NCBI GenBank assembly: GCA_964016885.1
Contig: OZ024741.1
Span: 12,710,001 to 12,774,000, forward strand
DNA from: Eledone cirrhosa
Taxonomy: Eukaryota
Direction of reading: 5' to 3'
Length of the DNA stretch: 64,000 nucleotides
Shown here piece after piece: positions 37,023 to 55,000 of the stretch. The notes below the pieces were generated by a model that saw nothing but the letters and a program-made list of their open reading frames with translations, was not told the origin of the DNA and did not search any database. The position numbers and the translations under genes were made by a program. Each line of letters starts with the position of its first letter. Position 1 is the first letter of the stretch.

Positions 37023-40000
37023 ATACACATACATACACATCTACTGTGTTACATACACACACAACTACTGAGTTACATGCACACATCTACTGAGTTACAT
37101 ACACACACATCTACTTAGTTACATACACACACATCTACTGAGTTACAAACACACACATCTACTGAATTACATATACACACATCTACTGAGATACATACAC
37201 ACACATCTACAGAGTTACATACACACACATCTACTGAGTTACATACACATATTTACTGAGTGACATACAGACATATCTACTGAGTTACATACAGACACAC
37301 AACTACTGAGTTACATACACATATCTACTGAGTTACAAACACACACAACTACTGAGTTACATGCACACATCTACTGAATTACATACACACACATTTACTG
37401 AGTTATATACACACACATCTCCTGAGTTACATACACACACCTACTGTGTTACATACACAGACACCTACTGTGTTACATACACACATCTACAGAGTTACAT
37501 ACACTCACATCTACTGAGTTACATACACTCACATCTACTGAGTTACATACACTCACATCTACTGAGTTACATACACGCACATCTACTGAGTTACATACAC
37601 GCACATCTTCTGAGTTACATACACAGATATCTACTGAGTTGCATACACAGATATCTACTGAGTTGCATACACACATATACTGAGTTATATACACACACAT
37701 CTACTGTGTTACATACACGCACATCTACTGAGTTACATACACACACATCTACTGAGTTACATAAATACATCTACTGAGTTACATACATACATCAACTGAG
37801 TTACATACATACATTACATACACACACATCTACTGAGTTACATTCACACACATCTACTGAGTTACATACATACATCAACTGACTTACATACACACACATC
37901 TACTGAGTTACATCTACTGAGTTACATACACACAACTACTGAGTTACATACACACATATCTACTGAGATACATACACTCACATCTACTGAGTTACATACA
38001 CACACTTCTACAGAGTTACATACACACACATCTACTGAGTTACATACAAACCTCTACTGAGTTACATATACACACATTTACTGAGTTTCATACACTCACA
38101 TCTACTGAGTTACATACACACATATCTACTGAGTTACATATACACACATCTACCGAGTTACATACACACATATCTACTGAGTTACATATACACACATCTA
38201 CTGAGGTACATACACTCACATCTACTGAGTTACATACACTCACATCTACTGAGTTACATACACACAAATCTACTGAGTCACATACACATACATCTACTAA
38301 ATTACATACACACACATCTACTGAGTTACATACACACAGATCTAGTGACTTACATACATACATCTACTGAGTTACATACACACACATCTACTGAGTTACA
38401 TACACACACATCTACTGAGTGACATACACACATCTACTGGGTGACATACACACATCTGAGTTACATACACACAGATCTAGTGAGTTACATACATACATCT
38501 ACTGAGTTACATACACACACATCTACTGAGTTACATACACACACATCTACTGTGTTACTTACACACACGTCTATTGAGTTACATACAAACATCTACAGAG
38601 TTACATACACACAAATCTACTGAGTCACATACACATACATCTACTAAATTACATACACACACATCTACTGAGTTACATACACACAGATCTAGTGAGTTAC
38701 ATACATACATCTACTGAGTTATATACACACACATCTACAGAGTTACATACACACACATCTACAGAGTTACATACACACACATCTAATGAGTGACATACAC
38801 ATATCTACTGAGGTACATACACACACACAACTACTGAGTTACATGCACACATCTACTGAGTTACATATACACACATCTACTGAGTTACATACACACACAT
38901 CTACTGAGACACATACATACATCTACTAAATTACATACACACACATCTACTGAGTTACATACACACATCTACTGACTACATACACATCTACAGAGTTACA
39001 TACACACACATCCACTGAGTTACATACACACACATTTACTGACTTACATATACACACATCTACTGACTTACATGTACACACATCTACTGAGTTACATACA
39101 CACATCTACTGAGTTTCATACACACGCATCTACTGAGTTACATACACACACACAACTACTGAGTTACATACACACATCTACTGAGTTACATACACACACA
39201 CAACTACTGAGTTACATGCACACATCTACTGAGTTACATACACACATATCTACTGAGTTAAATACACACATCTACTGAGTTGCATACACACACATCTACT
39301 GAGTTGCATACACACACACCTACTGAGTTGCATACACACACATCTACTGAGTTGCATACACTCACATCTACTGAGTTGCATACACTCACATCTACTGAGT
39401 TACATACACACGCATCTACTGAGTGACATACACACACATATACTTAGTTACATATACATATATCAACTGAGTTACATACACATATCTACTGAGTTACATA
39501 CACACACACAACTACTGAGTTACATACACACATCTACTGAGTTACATACACACATATCTACTGAGTTACATACACACACATATACTGTTACATACACACA
39601 CATCTACTGAGTTACATACACACACATCTAACAAGTTACATACAGATATCTACTGAGGTACATACACACACACAACTACTGAGATACATACACACACATC
39701 TACAGAGTTACATGCACACATCTACTGAGTTACGTGCACACATCTACTGAGTTACATACACACACATCTACTGAGTTATATACACACACATCTACTGAGT
39801 GACATACACACATCTACTGAGTTACATACACATATTTACTGAGTTACATACACACACATCTACTGAGTTACATATTTACTGAGTTACATACACACACCTA
39901 CTGAGTTACATACACACATCAACTGAGTTACATACATACATACATCTACTGAGTTAGATACACACATGAACCGAGTTACATACATACACATCTTCTGAGT

Positions 40001-43000
40001 TATATACACACACATCTACTGAGTGACATACACACATCTACTGAGTTACATACACATATTTACTGAGTTACATACACACACATCTACTGAGTTACATATT
40101 TACTGAGATACATACACACATCTACTGAGTTACATACACACACATCTACTGAGTTACATAAACACACATCTACTGAGTTACATACACACATCTACTGAGT
40201 TATATACACACACATCTACTGAGTTACATACACACATCTACTGAGTTACATACACACACATCTACTGTGTTACATACACACACATCTACTGTGTTACATA
40301 CACACACATCTCCTGAGTTACATACACACACATCTACTGAGTTACATACACACATCTACAGTGCTACATACACACACATCTACTGAGTTACATACACACT
40401 ACATCTACTGAGTTACATACACTCACATCTACTTAGTTACATACACTCACATCTACTGAGTTACACACACATATTTACTGAGTTACATACACACACCTCT
40501 GCTGAGTTACATATTTACTGAGTTACATACAAACATCAACTGAGTTACATACACACTTATCTACAGAGTCACATACATACATCTACTGAGTTACATACAC
40601 ACATCAACCGAGTTACATACATACACATCTACTGAGTTACTTACACACACATCTACTGGGTGACATACACACATCTGAGTTACATACACACAGATCTAGT
40701 GAGTTACATACAAACACATCTACTGAGTTACATACACACACATCTACTGTGTTACTTACACACACGTCTATTGAGTTACATACAAACATCTACAGAGTTA
40801 CATACACACATCTACTGTGTTACATACACACACATCTACTGAGTTATATACACACACATCTACAGAGTTACATACACACACATCTACAGAGTTACATACA
40901 CACACATCTAACGAGTGACATACACACACATCTACTGAGGTACATACACACACACAACTACTGAGTTACATGCACACATCTACTGAGTTACATACACTCA
41001 CATCTACTGAGTTACATACACACACATCTACTGAGACACATACATACATCTACTAAATTACATACACACACATCTACTGAGTTACATACACACACATATA
41101 CTTAGTTACATACACACACATCTACAGAGTTACATACACACACATTTACTGACTTACATATACACACATCTACTGACTTACATGTACACACATCTACTGA
41201 GTTTCATACACACACAACTACTGAGTTACATACACACATCTACTGAGTTACATACACTCACATCTACTGAGTTACATACATACACATCTATTTAGTTACA
41301 TACACACACATCTACTGAGTTACATACACACACACAACTACTGAGTTACATGCACAGATCTACTGAGTTATACACACATATCTACTGAGTTACATACACA
41401 CATATCTACTGAGTTAAATACACGCATCTACTGAGTTGCATACACACACATCTACTGAGTTGCATACACACACATCTACTGAGTTGCATACACTCACATC
41501 TACTGAGTTGCATACACACACATCTACTACTGAGTTGCATACACTCACATCTACTGAGTTACATACACACACATCTACTGAGTTACATACACACACATCT
41601 ACTGAGTGACATACACACACATATACTTAGTTACATACACACATCTACTGAGTTACATATACATATATCTACTGAGTTACATACACACATATCTACTGAG
41701 TTACATACACACACATATACTGTTACATACACACATCTACAGAGTTACATACACATATCTACTGAGATACATACACACACATCTACTGAGTTACATGCAC
41801 ACATCTACTGAGTTACGTGCACACATCTACTGAGTTACATACACACATCTACTGAGTGACATACACACATCTACTGAGTGACATATACACATCTACTGAG
41901 TTACATACACACACATCTACTGAGTTACATACACACACATCTACTGAGTTACATATTTACTGAGTTACATACACACACCTACTGAGTTACATACAAACAT
42001 CAACTGAGTTACATACACACTTATCTACAGAGTCACATACATACATCTACTGAGTTACATACACACATCAACCGAGTTACATACACACATCAACCGAGTT
42101 ACATACACACATCAACCGAGTTACATACACACATCAACCGAGTTACATACATACACATCTACTGAGTTACTTACACACACATCTACTGAGTTACATACAC
42201 ACACATCTACTGAGTTACATACATACATCTCCTGAGTTACACACACACAAAACTACTGAGTTACATACACACATCTACTGAGTTACATACACACACATCT
42301 ACTGAGTTACATACACACATCTACTGAGTTACATACACACACATCTACTGAATTACATACAAACATCGACTGAGTTACATACACACACATCTACTGAGTT
42401 ACATACACACACATCTACTGAGTTACATACACACACATCTACTGTGTTACTTACACACACATCTACAAAGTTACATACACACATCTACTGAGTTACATAC
42501 ACACATCTACTGAGTTACATACACACATCTACTGAGTTACATACACACACATCTACTGAGTTACATACACACACATCTACTGAGTTACATACACACACAT
42601 CTACTGAGTTACATACACACACATCTATTGAGTTACATACACACACATCTATTGAGTTACATACACACACATCTATTGAGTTACATACACACATATCTAT
42701 TGAGTTACATACACACATCTATTGAGTTACATACACACACCTACTGAGTTACATACACACATCTACCGAGTTACATACTCATATTTACTGAGTTACATAT
42801 TTACTGAGTTACATACACACACCTACTGAGTTACATACACACATCAACCGAGTTACATACATACACATCTACTGAGTTACATACATACACATCTACTGAG
42901 TCACATACACACACATCTACTGAGTTACATACACACACATCTACTGAGTTACATACACACACATCTACTGTGTTACTTACACACACGTCTATTGAGTTAC

Positions 43001-46000
43001 ATACAAACATCTACAGAGTTACATACACACAAATCTACTGAGTCACATACACATACATCTACTAAATTACATACACACACATCTACTGAGTTACATACAC
43101 ACAGATCTAGTGAGTTACATACATACATCTACTGAGTTATATACACACACATCTACAGAGTTACATACACACACATCTACAGAGTTACATACACACACAT
43201 CTAATGAGTTGCATACACTCACATCTACTGAGTTGCATACACACACATCTACTGAGTTGCATACACTCACATCTACTGAGTTACATACACTCACATCTAC
43301 TGAGTTACATACACTCACATCTACTGAGTTACATACACACACATCTACTGAGTTACATACACACACATCTACTGAGTGACATACACACACATATACTGAG
43401 TGACATACACACACATATACTTAGTTACATACACACATCTACTGAGTTACATATACATATATCTACTGAGTTACATACACACATATCTACTGAGTTACAT
43501 ACACACACATATACTGTTACATACACACATCTACAGAGTTACATACACACACATCTAACAAGTTACATACACATATCTACTGAGGTACATACACACACAC
43601 AACTACTGAGATACATACACACACATCTACTGAGTTACATGCACACATATCTACTGAGTTACATGCACACATCTACTGAGTTACGTGCACACATCTACTG
43701 AGTTACATACACACACATCTACTGAGTTACATACACACATCTACTGAGTGACATACACACATCTACTGAGTGACATATACACATCTACTGAGTTACATAC
43801 ACACACATCTACTGAGTTACATATTTACTGAGTTACATACACACACCTACTGAGTTACATACAAACATCAACTGAGTTACATACACACTTATCTACAGAG
43901 TCACATACATACATCTACTGAGTTACATACACACATCAACCGAGTTACATACACACATCAACCGAGTTACATACATACACATCTACTGAGTTACTTACAC
44001 ACACATCTACTGAGTTACATACACACACATCTACTGAGTTACATACATACATCTCCTGAGTTACACACACACAAAACTACTGAGTTACGTACACACACAT
44101 CAACTGAGTTACATACACACACATCTACTGAGTTACATACACACACATCTACTGTGTTACTTACACACACATCTACTGAGTTACACACATCTACAGAGTT
44201 ACATACATACATCTACAGAGTTACATACACACATCTACTGAGTTACATACACACATCTACTGAGTTACATACACACATCTACTGAGTTACATACACACAT
44301 CTACTGAGTTACATACACACACATCTACTGAGTTACATACACACACATCTATTGAGTTACATACACACACATCTATTGAGTTACATACACACACATCTAT
44401 TGAGTTACATACACACACATCTATTGAGTTACATACACACATATCTATTGAGTTACATACACACACCTATTGAGTTACATACACACATCTACCGAGTTAC
44501 ATACTCATATTTACTGAGTTACATATTTACTGAGTTACATACACACACCTACTGAGTTACATACACACATCAACCGAGTTACATACATACACATCTACTG
44601 AGTCACATACACACACATCTACTGAGTTACATACACACACATCTACTGAGTTACATACACACACATTTACTGAGTTACATACACACACATCTACTGAGTT
44701 ACATACACACATATCTACTGAGTTACATATACACACATCTACCGAGTTACATCCACATATCTACTAAAGTACATACACACACACAACTACTGAGTTACAT
44801 GCACACATCTACTGAGTTACATGCACACATTTACTGAGTTACATGCACACATCTACTGAGTTACATACTCTCACATCTACTGAGTTACATGCACTCACAT
44901 CTACTGAGTTACATGCACTCACATCTACTGAGTTACATACACACACATATACTGAGTCACATACATACATCTACTGAGTAACATACACACACATCTACTG
45001 AGTAACATACGCACACATCTACTGAGTTACATACACGCATCTACTGAGTTACATACACACGCATCTACTGAGTTACATTCACACATCTACTGAGTTACAT
45101 ACACACACATCTACTGAGTTACATATTTACTGAGTTACATACACACACCTACTGAGTTACATACACACACCTACTGAGTTACATACACCCATCAACTGAG
45201 TTACATACACCCATCAACTGAGTTACATACACGCATATCTAGAGTCACATACATACATCTACTGAGTTAGATACACACATCAACCGAGTTACATACATAC
45301 ACATCTACTGAGTTACATACACACACATCTACTGAGTTACATACATACATCTACTTAGTTACATACACACAAAACTACTGAGTTACATACACACACATCA
45401 ACTGAGATACATACACACATCTACTGAGTTACATACACACACATCTACTGAGATACATACACACGTCTACTGAGTTACATACACACACATCTACTATGTT
45501 ACATACATACACACATTTACTGAGTTACATACACACATCTACTGAGTTACATACACACACATCTACTGAGTTACATACACACACATTTACTGAGTTACAT
45601 ACACACACATCTACTGTTACATACACACACATCTACTGATTTACATACACACACCTACTGAGTTACATACACACATCTACCGAGTTACATACTCATATTT
45701 ACTGAGTTACATACACACACATCTACTGAGTTACATATTTACTGAGTTACATACACACACCTACTGAGTTACATACACACATCACCTGAGTTACATACAC
45801 GCATATCTACAGAGTCACATACATACATATACTGAGTTAGATACACACATCAACCGAGTTACATACATACACATCTACTGAGTTACATACACACACATCT
45901 ACTGAGTTACATACATCTACTGAGTTACATACATACATCTACTGAGTTACATACACACAAAACTACTGAGTTACATACACACACATCAACTGAGATACAT

Positions 46001-49000
46001 ACACACACATCTACAGAGTTACATACACACACATCTACAGAGTTACATACAAACACATCTACTGAGTTACATACAAACACATCTACTGAGTTACATACAC
46101 ACACATCTACTGAGTTTCATACACACACATTTACTGAGTTACATATACACACATCTACCGAGTTACATCCACATATCTACTAAGGTACATACACACACAC
46201 AACTACTGAGTTACATGCACACATCTACTGAGTTACATGCACCCATTTACTGAGTTACATGCTCACATCTACTGAGTTACATGCACTCACATCTACTGAG
46301 TTACATGCACTCACATCTACTGAGTTACATACACACACATCTACTGAGTCACATACATACATCTACTGAGTTACATACACACACATCTACTGGGTTACAT
46401 ACACACATCTACTGAGTTACATACACACAGATCTAGTGAGTTACAGACACACACATCTACTATGTTACATACACACACATCAACCGAGTTACATACATAC
46501 ACATCTACTGAGTTACATACACACACATCTACTGAGTTACATACATACATCTACTTAGTTACATACACACAAAACTACTGATTTACATACACACACATCA
46601 ACTGAGATACATACACACACATCTACTGAGTTACATACACACACATCTACTGAGATACATACACACACATCTACTGAGTTGCATACACACACATCTACTG
46701 AGTTACATACACACACATCTACTGAGTTACATACAAACATCTACTGAGTTACATACACACACATCTACTATGTTACATACACACACACATCTACTGAGTT
46801 ACATACACACATCTACTGAGTTACATACACACATCTACTGAGTTACATACACACACATCTACTGTGTTACATACACACACATCTACTGAGTTACATACAC
46901 ACATCTACTGAGTTACACACAAATATTTACTGAGTTACATACACACATCAACTGAGTTACATACACACACATCTACTGAGTTACATACACACATATCTAC
47001 TGAGTTACATACACACATCTACTGAGTTACATACTCATATTTACTGAGTTACATACACACACATCTACTGAGTTACATATTTACTGAGTTACATACACAC
47101 ACCTACTGAGTTACATACACACATCAACTGAGTTACATACACGCATATCTACAGTCACATACATACATCTACTGAGTTAGATACACACATCAACCGAGTT
47201 ACATACATACACATCTACTGAGTTACATACACACATCTACTGAGTTACATACATACATCTACTGAGTTACATACACACAAAACTACTGAGTTACATACAC
47301 ACACATCAACTGAGATACATACACACACATCTACAGAGTTACATACACACACATCTACAGAGTTACATACACACACATCTACTGAGATACATACACACAC
47401 ATCTACAGAGTTACATACACACACATCTACTGAGTTACATACACACACATCTACTGAGTAACATACACACACATCTACTGAGTAACATACACACACATCT
47501 ACTGAGTAACATACACACACATCTACTGTGTTACATACACACACCTCTGCTGAGTTACATATTTACTGAGTTACATACACACACCTACTGAGTTACATAC
47601 ACACATCAACTGAGTTACATACACGCTTATCTACAGAGTCACATACATACATCTACTGAGTTACATACACACATCAACCGAGTTACATACATACACATCT
47701 CCTGAGTTACACACACACAAAACTACTGAGTTACATACACACACATCAACTGAGATACATACACACATCTACAGAGTTACATACACACACATCTACTGAG
47801 TTACATACACACACATCTACTGAGTTACACACAAACATCTACTGAGTTACATACACACACATCTACTGACTTACATACACACACATCTACTGAGTTACAT
47901 ACACACATCTACTGAGTTACATACACACGCATCTACTGAGTTACATCCACACATCTACAGAGTTACATACACACACATCTACTGTGTTACTTACACACAC
48001 ATCTACTGAGTTATATACACACATCTACAGAGTTACATACACTCACATCTACTGAGTTACATACACACATCTACTGAGTTACAGACACACATCTACTGAG
48101 TTACATACACACACATCTACTGTGTTACATACACACACATCTACTGAGTTACATACACACACATCTACTGTGTTACATACACACACATCTACTGTGTTAC
48201 ATACACACACATCTACTGTGTTACATACACACACATCTACTGAGTTTTATACACACACATCTACTGAGTTACATACACTCACATCTACTGAGTTACATAC
48301 ACACATCTACTGAGTTACATACACCCATCAACTGAGTTACATACACGCATATCTAGAGTCACATACATACATCAACTGAGTTACATACACACATCAACTG
48401 AGTTACATACACGCTTATCTACAGAGTCACATACATACATCTACTGAGTTACATACACACATCAACCGAGTTACATACATACACATCTCCTGAGTTACAC
48501 ACACACAAAACTACTGAGTTACATACACACACATCAACTGAGATACATACACACATCTACAGAGTTACATACACACACATCTACTGAGTTACATACACAC
48601 ACATCTACTGAGTTACATACACACATCTACTGAGTTGCATACACACACATCTACTGAGTTACACACAAACATCTACTGAGTTACATACACACACATCTAC
48701 TGAGTTACATACACACATCTACTGAGTTACATACACACACATCTACTGAGTTACATATTTACTGAGTTACATACACACACCTACTGAGTTACATACACGC
48801 ATATCTAGAGTCACATACATACATCTACTGAGTTAGATACACACATCCACCGAGTTACATACATACACATCTACTGAGTTACATACACACACATCTACTG
48901 AGTTACATACATACATCTACTTAGTTACATACACACAAAACTACTGAGTTACATACACACACATCAATTGAGATACATACACACATCTACTGAGTTACAT

Positions 49001-52000
49001 ACACACACATCTACTGAGATACATACACACACATCTACTGAGTTACATACACACACACATCTACTATGTTACATACACTCACACACATCTACTGAGATAC
49101 ATACACACATCTACTGTGTTACATACACACACATCTACTGTGTTACATATACACACATCTACTGAGTTACATACACACACATCTACTGTGTTACATACAC
49201 ACACATCTACTGTGTTACATACACACACATCTACTGAGTTACATACACACATCTACTGAGTTACACACACATATTTACTGAGTTACATACACACACCTCT
49301 GCTGAGTTACATACACACACCTACTGAGTTACATACACACATCAACTGAGTTAGATACACACACATCTACTGAGTTAGATACACACACATCTACTGAGTT
49401 ACATACACACACATCTACTGAGTTACATACACACACATCTACTGAGTTACATACACACACATCTACTGAGTTACATACACACATATCTACTGAGTTACAT
49501 ACACACATCTACTGAGTTACATACTCATATTTACTGAGTTACATACACACACATCTACTGAGTTACATACACACACCTACTGAGTTACATACACACATCA
49601 ACTGAGTTACATACACGCATATCTACAGAGTCACATACATACATCTACTGAGTTAGATACACACATCAACCGAGTTACATACATACACATCTACTGTGTT
49701 ACATACACACACATCTACTGAGTTACATACATACATCTACTGAGTTACATACACACAAAACTACTGAGTTACATACACACACATCTACAGAGTTATATAC
49801 ACACACATCTACTGAGTAACATACACACACATCTACTGTGTTACATACACACACCTCTGCTGAGTTACATATTTACTGAGTTACATACACACACCTACTG
49901 AGTTACATACACACATCAACTGAGTTACATACACACATCAACCGAGTTACATACACACATCAACCGAGTTACATACACACATCAACCGAGTTACATACAC
50001 ACACATCTACTGAGTTACATACACATACATCTCCTGAGTTACACACACACAAAACTACTGAGTTACATACACACACATCTACTGAGTCACATACACACAC
50101 ATCTACTGAGTTACATACAAACATCTACTGAGTTACATACACACATCTACTGAGTTACATAAACACGCATCTACTGAGTTACATACACACATCTACTGAG
50201 TTACATACACACACATCTACTGTGTTACTTACACACACATCTACTGAGTTACATACACACACATCTACAGAGTTACATACACACATATCTACAGAGTTAC
50301 ATACACACACATCTACAGAGTTACATACACACACATCTACAGAGTTACATACACACACATCTACAGAGTTACATACACACACATCTACAGAGTTACATAC
50401 ACACACATCTACAGAGTTACATACACACACATCTACAGAGTTACATACACACACATCTACAGAGTTACATACACACACATCTACAGAGTTACATACACAC
50501 ACATCTACAGAGTTACATACACACACATCTACAGAGTTACATACACACACATCTACAGAGTTACATACACACACATCCACAGAGTTACATACACACACAT
50601 CTACTGAGTTACATACACACACATCTACTGAGTTACATACACACACATCTACTGAGTTACATACACACACATCTACAGAGTTACATACACACACATCTAC
50701 AGAGTTACATACACACACATCTACAGAGTTACATACACACACATCTACAGAGTTACATACACACACATCTACAGAGTTACATACACACACATCTACAGAG
50801 TTACATACACACACATCTACAGAGTTACATACACACACATCTACAGAGTTACATACACTCACATCTACAGAGTTACATACACACATCTACTGAGTTACAT
50901 ACACACACATCTACTGTGTCACACACACATCTACTGAGTTACATACACACACATTTACTGTGTTACATACACACACATTTACTGTGTTACATACACACAC
51001 ATTTACTGTGTTACATACACACACATTTACTGTGTTACATACACACACATTTACTGTGTTACATACACACACATTTACTGTGTTACATACACACACATCT
51101 ACTGTGTTACATACACACACATCTACTGAGTTTTATACACACACACCTACTGAGTTACATACACCCATCAACTGAGTTACATAGACGCATATCTAGAATC
51201 ACATACATACATCTACTGAGTTAGATACACACATCAACCGAGTTACATACATACACATCTACTGAGTTACATACACACACATCTACTGAGTTACATACAC
51301 ATACATCTACTGAGTTACATACACACACATCAACTGAGATACATACACACACATCTACTGAGTAAATACACACACATCTACTGAGATACATACACACACA
51401 TCTACTGAGATACATACACACACATCTACTGAGTTGCATACACACATCTACTGAGTTACATACACACACATCTACTGAGTTACATACAAACATCTGAGTT
51501 ACATACACACACATCTACTATGTTACATACACACACACATCTACTGAGTTACATACACACATCTACTGAGTTACATACACACACATCTACTGTGTTACAT
51601 ACACACACATCTACTGAGTTACATACACACATCTACTGAGTTACACACACATATTTACTGAGTTACATACACACACCTCTGCTGAGTTACATATTTACTG
51701 AGTTACATACACACACCTACTGAGTTACATACACACATCAACTGAGTTACATACACGCTTATCTACAGAGTCACATACATACATCAACCGAGTTACATAC
51801 ACACATCACACATCAACCGAGTTACATACACACACATCTACTGAGTTACATACACATACATCTCCTGAGTTACACATACACAAAACTACTGAGTTACATA
51901 CACACACATCTACTGAGTTACATACACACACATCTACTGTGTTACTTACACACATATCTACAGGGTTACATACACACATATCTACAGAGTTACATACACA

Positions 52001-55000
52001 CATATCTACAGAGTTACATACACACACATCTACAGAGTTACATACACACACATCTACAGAGTTACATACACACACATCTACAGAGTTACATACACACACA
52101 TCTACAGAGTTACATACACACACATCTACAGAGTTACATACACACACATCTACAGAGTTACATACACACACATCTACAGAGTTACATACACACACATCTA
52201 CTGAGTTACATACACACACATCTACTGAGTTACATACACACACATCTACTGAGTTACATACACACACATCTACTGAGTTACATACACACACATCTACTGA
52301 GTTACATACACACACATCTACTGAGTTACATACACACACATCTACTGAGTTATATACACACATCTACAGAGTTACATACACACACATCTACAGAGTTACA
52401 TACACACACATCTACTGAGTTACATACACACACATCTACTGAGTTACATACACACACATCTACTGTGTCACATACACACACATCTACTGTGTCACATACA
52501 CACACATCTACTGAGTTACATACACACACATCTATTGTGTTACATACACACACCTACTGAGTTACATACACCCATCAACTGAGTTACATACACCCATCAA
52601 CTGAGTTACATAGACGCATATCTAGAGTCACATACATACATCTACTGAGTTAGATACACACATCAACCGAGTTACATACATACACATCTACTGAGTAACA
52701 TACACACACATCGACTGAGTTACATACACATACATCTACTTAGTTACATACACATACATCTACTTAGTTACATACACACAAAACTACTGAGTTACATACA
52801 CACACATCAACTGAGATACATACACACATCTACTGAGTAAATACACACACATCTACTGAGTTGCATACCCACATCTACTGAGTTACATACACACACATCT
52901 ACTGAGTTACATACAAACATCTACTGAGTTACATACACACACATCTACTATGTTACATACACACACATCTACTGAGTTACATACACACATCTACTGTGTT
53001 ACATACACAAACATCTACTGTGTTACATACACACACATCTACTGTGTTACATACACACACATCTACTGTGTTACATACACACACATCTACTGAGTTACAT
53101 ACACACATCTACTGAGTTACACACACATATTTACTGAGTTACATACACACACCTCTGCTGAGTTACATATTTACTGAGTTACATACGCACACCTACTGAG
53201 TTACATACACACATCAACTGAGTTACATACACGCTTATCTACACAGTCACATACATACATCAACCGAGTTACATACACACATCAACCGAGTCACATACAT
53301 ACATCAACCGAGTTACATACACACATCAACCGAGTTACATACACACATCAACCGAGTTACATACACACACATCTACTGAGTCACATACACACACATCTAC
53401 TGAGTTTCATACAAACATCTACTGAGTTACATACACACATCTACTGAGTTACATACACACATCTACTGAGTTACATACACACACATCTACTGTGTTACTT
53501 ACACACACATCTACTGAGTTACATACACACATATCTACAGAGTTACATACACACACATCTACAGAGTTACATACACACACATCTACAGAGTTACATACAC
53601 ACACATCTACAGAGTTACATACACACACATCTACAGAGTTACATACACACACATCTACAGAGTTACATACACACACATCTACAGAGTTACATACACACAC
53701 ATCTACAGAGTTACATACACACACATCTACAGAGTTACATACACACACATCTACAGAGTTACATACACACACATCCACAGAGTTACATACACACACATCT
53801 ACTGAGTTACATACACACACATCTACTGAGTTACTTACACACACATCTACTGTGTTACTTACACACACATCTACTGTGTTACTTACACACACATCTACTG
53901 TGTTACTTACACACACATCTACTGTGTTACTTACACACACATCTACTGAGTTATATACACACATCTACTGAGTTATATACACACATCTACTGAGTTACAT
54001 ACACACATCTACTGAGTTACATACACACACATCTACTGAGTTACATACACACACATCTACTGTGTTACATACACACACATCTACTGAGTTTTATACACAC
54101 ACATCTACTGAGTTTTATACACACACATCTACTGAGTTACATACACACATCTACTGAGTTACATACACACAAATCTACTGAGTTACATACACACACATCT
54201 ACTGAGATACATACACACACATCTACTGAGTTGTATACACACATCTACTGAGTTGTATACACACATCTACTGAGTTGTATACAAACATCTACTGAGTTGT
54301 ATACAAACATCTACTGAGTTACATACACACACATCTACTATGTTACATACACACATACACATCTACTGAGTTACATACACACATCTACTGAGTTACATAC
54401 ACACACATCTACTGTGTTACATACACACACATCTACTGAGTTACACACACATATTTACTGAGTTACATACACACACCTCTGCTGAGTTACATATTTACTG
54501 AGTTACATACACACACCTACTGAGTTACATACACACATCAACTGAGTTACATACACACATCAACTGAGTCACATACACACATCTACTGAGTTACATACAC
54601 ACATCTACTGAGTTACACACACATATTTACTGAGTTACATACACACACCTCTGCTGAGTTACATATTTACTGAGTTACATACACACACCTACTGAGTTAC
54701 ATACACACATCAACTGAGTTACATACACGCTTATCTACAGAGTCACATACACACATCAACCGAGTTACATACACACACATCTACTGAGTTACATACACAT
54801 ACATCTCCTGAGTTACACACCCACACATCTACTGAGTTACATACACACACATCTACTGAGTCACATACACACACATCTACTGAGTTACATACACGCATCT
54901 ACTGAGTTACATACACACATCTACTGAGTTACATACACACATCAACCGAGTTACATACACACACATCTACTGAGTTACATACACATACATCTCCTGAGTT

